Positions 27,226-30,597 of a stretch of 30,597 nt of DNA are shown here, piece by piece. The number at the start of each line of letters is the position of its first letter. Within the stretch, counting starts at the first letter, position 1. The stretch lies in the sequence record NC_049393.1. The stretch is one strand, 5' to 3'. This DNA is from Escherichia phage ESSI2_ev040. Position numbers and translations under genes: made by a program. Below the pieces are notes generated by a model. That model had not been told where the DNA came from. It did not search any database and was given only the letters and a program-made list of their open reading frames with translations.

Positions 27226-28275
27226 ATGGCTATTCGTAAACTTGAAACGGGTAAATGGCTCTGTGAATGCTACCCTTCCGGACGTTCTGGGCGCAGGGTA
27301 CGAAAACAATTTGCAACCAAAGGTGAGGCAATGGCCTTTGAGCGCCACACAATGGATGAAGCCGCGTCTAAACCCTGGCTGGGGGATGTTGTTGATCGCC
27401 GCTCTTTAAAAGACATTGTAAACCTCTGGTATAAACTGCATGGCATATCTCTTACGGCTGGCGAACACGTATATGAAAAACTACTGCTGATCGTGGACGC
27501 ACTAGGAAACCCTCTGGCTACATCGCTAACCCCAAAAATGTTTGCTCATTACCGCGATAAACGCCTAACCGGAGAGATTTATTTCAGCGAAAAATGGAAG
27601 AATGGCGCTAGCCCTGTAACGGTTAATCTTGAGCAAAGTTATTTAAGCGGTGCCTTTAGTGAACTGATTCGCTTGGGTGAATGGCTTCAGCCAAACCCTC
27701 TTGAAAACATGCGAAAATTTACCATTGCTGAAAAGGAAATGGCCTGGCTGACACATGAACAGATTGCTGAACTTCTGTATGACTGCCAGCGTCAGAACAA
27801 GCTGTTGACGCTGGTTGTGAAGATTTGCCTCAGTACAGGGGCAAGGTGGAGAGAGGCCGTCAATCTGACAAGGTCTCAGGTAACGAAGTACCGCATCACT
27901 TTCACCAGAACGAAGGGAAAGAAAAACAGAAGCATCCCTATCAGCAAGGAGCTATATGAAGAGATCACCGTGCTGAAGGGGTTTAAGTTTTTTGATGATT
28001 ACTATTTTCAATTTGCATCAGTGATGGATAAAACTTCCATCATTCTGCCGCGAGGCCAGCTAACGCACGTTCTTCGCCACACCTTTGCTGCTCACTTTAT
28101 GATGTCCGGAGGAAACATACTCGCCCTTCAAAAAATACTGGGGCACCACGATATAAAAATGACTATGCGCTATGCCCACCTCGCGCCAGATCACCTTGAA
28201 ACTGCGTTAAGGTTTAACCCCTTAGCTACTATGCAAAATGGCGACAAAATGGCGGCAGCGGTTGCCACTCCCTAA
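27226..28275 (+). CDS. int: tyrosine integrase (P2/186-type)
   Basis: 349 aa; C-terminal catalytic region with HVLRHTFA and HHDIKMTMRYAHL (conserved His/Arg/Tyr). Confidence 0.9.
   Translation: MAIRKLETGKWLCECYPSGRSGRRVRKQFATKGEAMAFERHTMDEAASKPWLGDVVDRRSLKDIVNLWYKLHGISLTAGEHVYEKLLLIVDALGNPLATSLTPKMFAHYRDKRLTGEIYFSEKWKNGASPVTVNLEQSYLSGAFSELIRLGEWLQPNPLENMRKFTIAEKEMAWLTHEQIAELLYDCQRQNKLLTLVVKICLSTGARWREAVNLTRSQVTKYRITFTRTKGKKNRSIPISKELYEEITVLKGFKFFDDYYFQFASVMDKTSIILPRGQLTHVLRHTFAAHFMMSGGNILALQKILGHHDIKMTMRYAHLAPDHLETALRFNPLATMQNGDKMAAAVATP
28239..28260 (+). repeat. 22-bp direct repeat copy 1 (TGGCGACAAAATGGCGGCAGCG) inside the int 3' end; copy 2 at 28422-28443
   Basis: 21/22 identity between the two copies, seen directly. 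Confidence 0.8.
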
Positions 28276-28337
28276 CCTTTAATACTCCTAACTACTCTTT
28301 TAACTTATTGAGTTTAAAGCAAGTAATTGTTTTTCCT

Positions 28338-28366
28338 AACCCATTTATATAAATGGGTTTTTTGTT
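28338..28366 (+). terminator. rho-independent terminator after int
   Basis: Perfect 22-nt palindrome AACCCATTTATATAAATGGGTT followed by TTTTTTGTT. Confidence 0.7.
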
Positions 28367-28421
28367 GCCTGTTATATTAGTCTCTTAAAACCAACCACTT
28401 ACCCCCTCTCACTAAAGCCAT

Positions 28422-28443
28422 TGGCGACAAAATGGCGACAGCG
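28422..28443 (+). repeat. 22-bp direct repeat copy 2 (TGGCGACAAAATGGCGACAGCG) spanning the Abi_C-like ORF start
   Basis: 21/22 identity to 28239-28260; candidate att core or recombination scar. Confidence 0.8.
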
Positions 28444-29286
28444 TACAAACACGTTGATGGAGTCTATATGGGACGACAAATTCCGCAGCCAGTCATTTCA
28501 GTTTTATCTGACCACATGGCGGCAGTTGAAACACACGCAACCATGAATAGTTTATTCATGTACGCAGACGCTCCAGGGGATGCTCCAGATTTAGCAAAAC
28601 CAGCAAAGGCGCAGGATTGGCTTAGAAGAATCAACAAAGAATGTGATGACCCACTCGCAATTCTTGGTCGATTGATTGAAGGCTATATGGAAGCTGACCT
28701 GCCTAAAGGCAGCGTATTCAGTTGGGAGCAACCTAAGGTTGATTTCATAGAAAAGATGACTGATTTGCTTGGTCGGTACGGCCTGCGGTATCTAACTGGA
28801 GGTCATATTTCTGATGGGGCATCGCTTACTTCGGTTACTCTCAAAGAAGCGATTGGAAAACGCAACATACCTGCTGTTGAAATGGAGTTTTCCAGAGCGC
28901 TTGAAAATATCCACACTGATCCACGAGAAGCTGTCTCCGCAGCTTGTAACATTATGGAATCAACCTTTAAGGTTTACATCGCCGATGAGAAGCTGCCCAC
29001 CCCTGCTAAACAAGATTTGCAGGGACTCTGGAAAGTTGTCCGTGAATCCTTGGGGCTAGATACTAAAGCCGTTGAAGATGAAGACCTTAAACGTATTTTG
29101 AGTGGCTTATATTCGTTAACTGATGGGATCGGAGCTTTAAGAACTCATGCAAGTTCTGCCCATGGAGCCGGGAGAAAGATATATAACTTAAAACCTCGCC
29201 ATGCTCGGTTAGCTATAAATGCAGCACATACGTTAACTATGTATATCCTTGAATCTTGGGATGAGCAGAAACAAAAGAAATCTTAA
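28432..29286 (+). CDS. Abi_C-domain-like protein (putative abortive infection / exclusion protein); alternative start ATG 28468 has a GGAG RBS
   Basis: C-terminal LRTHASSAHGAG...KPRHARLAINAAHTLTMYILE resembles the Abi_C domain as recalled; AT-richer than the phage core; own terminator downstream. Confidence 0.45.
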   Translation: MATAYKHVDGVYMGRQIPQPVISVLSDHMAAVETHATMNSLFMYADAPGDAPDLAKPAKAQDWLRRINKECDDPLAILGRLIEGYMEADLPKGSVFSWEQPKVDFIEKMTDLLGRYGLRYLTGGHISDGASLTSVTLKEAIGKRNIPAVEMEFSRALENIHTDPREAVSAACNIMESTFKVYIADEKLPTPAKQDLQGLWKVVRESLGLDTKAVEDEDLKRILSGLYSLTDGIGALRTHASSAHGAGRKIYNLKPRHARLAINAAHTLTMYILESWDEQKQKKS

Positions 29287-29341
29287 CTACATGTTAGACA
29301 ACATGTTTTTCAGTTTTGAAATTATGTCATCTTCTATGAAT

Positions 29342-29376
29342 CCCGCGCCAGTTCTCGCTTTGCGGGTTTTTCTTTG
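29342..29376 (+). terminator. putative rho-independent terminator after the Abi_C-like gene
   Basis: GC stem CCCGC(G)...(T)GCGGG followed by TTTTTCTTTGTT. Confidence 0.5.
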
Positions 29377-29632
29377 TTCGCCTCACCTCAAGATTTTGAT
29401 CTTCTGGCCTAACATAAAATAAATAATACCATTATTTATCAGATAGTTATTATTACTTATCGATCCTCCGTAGATCTATAAAAATGGAAAAAGCTGAAAT
29501 TCTTTTCAATCTTTTCAGTTACAGTTCTCCAGCAAGCCTCCAGCAGTGGCGCGGCCTAGCGATACCGTTTGTAGAAAAATAAAACTGAAAAAATTTCCAG
29601 ATCCAGAAACCGCAGGCGGGTGCCAGAGTAGA

Positions 29633-29665
29633 TCGTCGGCAGCGTCAGATGTGTATAAGAGACAG
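29633..29665 (+). other. exact Illumina Nextera Read-1 transposase adapter (TCGTCGGCAGCGTCAGATGTGTATAAGAGACAG) embedded in the sequence
   Basis: 33/33 nt match to the widely used adapter, including the synthetic Tn5 mosaic end; no second inverted end or transposase nearby. Confidence 0.9.
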
Positions 29666-29968
29666 GTGTAGCGCCGTTTTTGTCTGCGAAAGATTTATTT
29701 CTCTATCATATGACCATACCAGCGTAACGCCACGCTTCGGATCTTTTACACTTGGTGCGCGGGATTGGGTTTGTTACTAAAGGGGTTAAAATGCGTCTGG
29801 CTACGTCTATGACGATGTGAGAAATAGATTTATGACAGTAACCCAACTAAATCATTTTGGATGAAGTAGTCCACTATCAGATCGAACCACATAACCTAGT
29901 GTTGCTAGCAGAAAATCAGACCATTCCCATGTTACGATAATCGTCAGGATTATTGGGACGGACAATTT

Positions 29969-30523
29969 ATGAGCAGCAGCAAAAAAACGCACTACGAGGA
30001 AATGAAGCAGTTATTGTGCGCGGACATACTGAGTAACAGTAAAAAATTCTCATGGAGAAGAATCATACTACGTTGCTGGAGACAGCCCGGATACCGGTTC
30101 ATGTGTTGGTGGAGAATAGCGAATTGCCTTTACTGCCAGGGTGGGAGAGCAAGAGTGAAATGGGCGCGAAGAATCCACCGGAGACTTGTTTCAAAATATA
30201 ATACTGATATTGGGTTGGGGGCACAGATCGGGGAAAAATTCAAAATTTATCACTTCGTTGGAATAGTCATTTGTCCCCAGGCTGTGATTGGTAAGAATGT
30301 GCGTATCCGTCAAAACATAACAATTGGATTAAAAACAGTTGAGGGAATCAAAGCCATCAGGATCGGAGACAATGTCGAGATTGGTGCAAATTCGTGCATC
30401 ATCGGTGATGACCTGACTATTGGTGATAACGTGACAATTGGCGCTATGTCATTTGTTAACAGAGACGTCCCCGCCAATAGCGTTTATATAACCCGCAAAA
30501 GCCATACAATCACCACTGCCTGA
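29969..30523 (+). CDS. hexapeptide-repeat acetyltransferase (left-handed beta-helix family, WbbJ/WcaB-like)
   Basis: 184 aa; repeated [LIV]-G-x-x-x-x hexapeptide units (IGKNVRI, IGDNVEIG, IGDNVTIG); AT-rich, outside the phage core. Confidence 0.6.
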   Translation: MSSSKKTHYEEMKQLLCADILSNSKKFSWRRIILRCWRQPGYRFMCWWRIANCLYCQGGRARVKWARRIHRRLVSKYNTDIGLGAQIGEKFKIYHFVGIVICPQAVIGKNVRIRQNITIGLKTVEGIKAIRIGDNVEIGANSCIIGDDLTIGDNVTIGAMSFVNRDVPANSVYITRKSHTITTA

Positions 30524-30597
30524 TACCCATTTTATTTCGAAATCTTCTGGACTACCCAACAATTGGTAAGGATAGTCCAGAACGTCTCTATTTATCA

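Larger units (their letters stand above)
1..28443. mobile_element. P2/186-family prophage (P2-type head and replication genes, 186-type CI/Apl/CII switch, tyrosine integrase); left end beyond window, right boundary approximate
   Basis: Contiguous phage gene content and order; integrase terminator at 28338-28366; AT-richer sequence to the right. Boundary not determined. Confidence 0.85.

Noticed and set aside
29633-29665. Tn5/IS50 transposon insertion
   Set aside because: The end is the synthetic mosaic end with the Nextera adapter prefix, and there is no second inverted end or transposase; adapter contamination or an engineered construct is more likely.
29870-29900. tRNA-like fragment (GATCGAACC resembling a T-loop on the reverse strand)
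   Set aside because: Flanking bases do not form a T-arm stem or cloverleaf by eye; no acceptor stem or CCA context.

Overview
Positions 1 to about 28.4 kb are a P2/186-family temperate myovirus prophage in an enterobacterial-looking background; its left end lies outside the window. On the minus strand a tightly coupled late operon runs from capsid scaffold (16872) down to a hub/spike gene (15): P2-type head genes O-N-M-L, then sheath, tube, an embedded lysis cassette (holin, M15 endolysin, overlapping Rz/Rz1), a tail chaperone with a textbook -1 frameshift site, tape measure, baseplate genes, tail fibre and fibre assembly, two unrecognised proteins and a fused hub/spike protein. On the plus strand are terminase ATPase P, portal Q and an Ogr/Delta zinc-finger activator. 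The early operon (minus strand, 26391 down to 20496) is apl, cII, four small unknown ORFs, a DEDDh exonuclease, an ASCH-like protein, Dam methylase and replication initiator A, most joined by ATGA overlaps. A 186-type CI repressor and a tyrosine integrase sit on the plus strand at 26.5-28.3 kb. Right of the integrase terminator are an AT-richer Abi_C-like gene, an exact 33-nt Illumina Nextera adapter (29633-29665) and a hexapeptide acetyltransferase. The adapter means contiguity of the last ~1 kb is suspect. I found no single convincing novel system; the best accessory candidates are the Abi_C-like gene with its att-like 22-bp repeat, the two unknown genes after the fibre assembly gene, and the exonuclease/ASCH/Dam trio. 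All protein calls are from motif recall, gene order and size, not from database searches.
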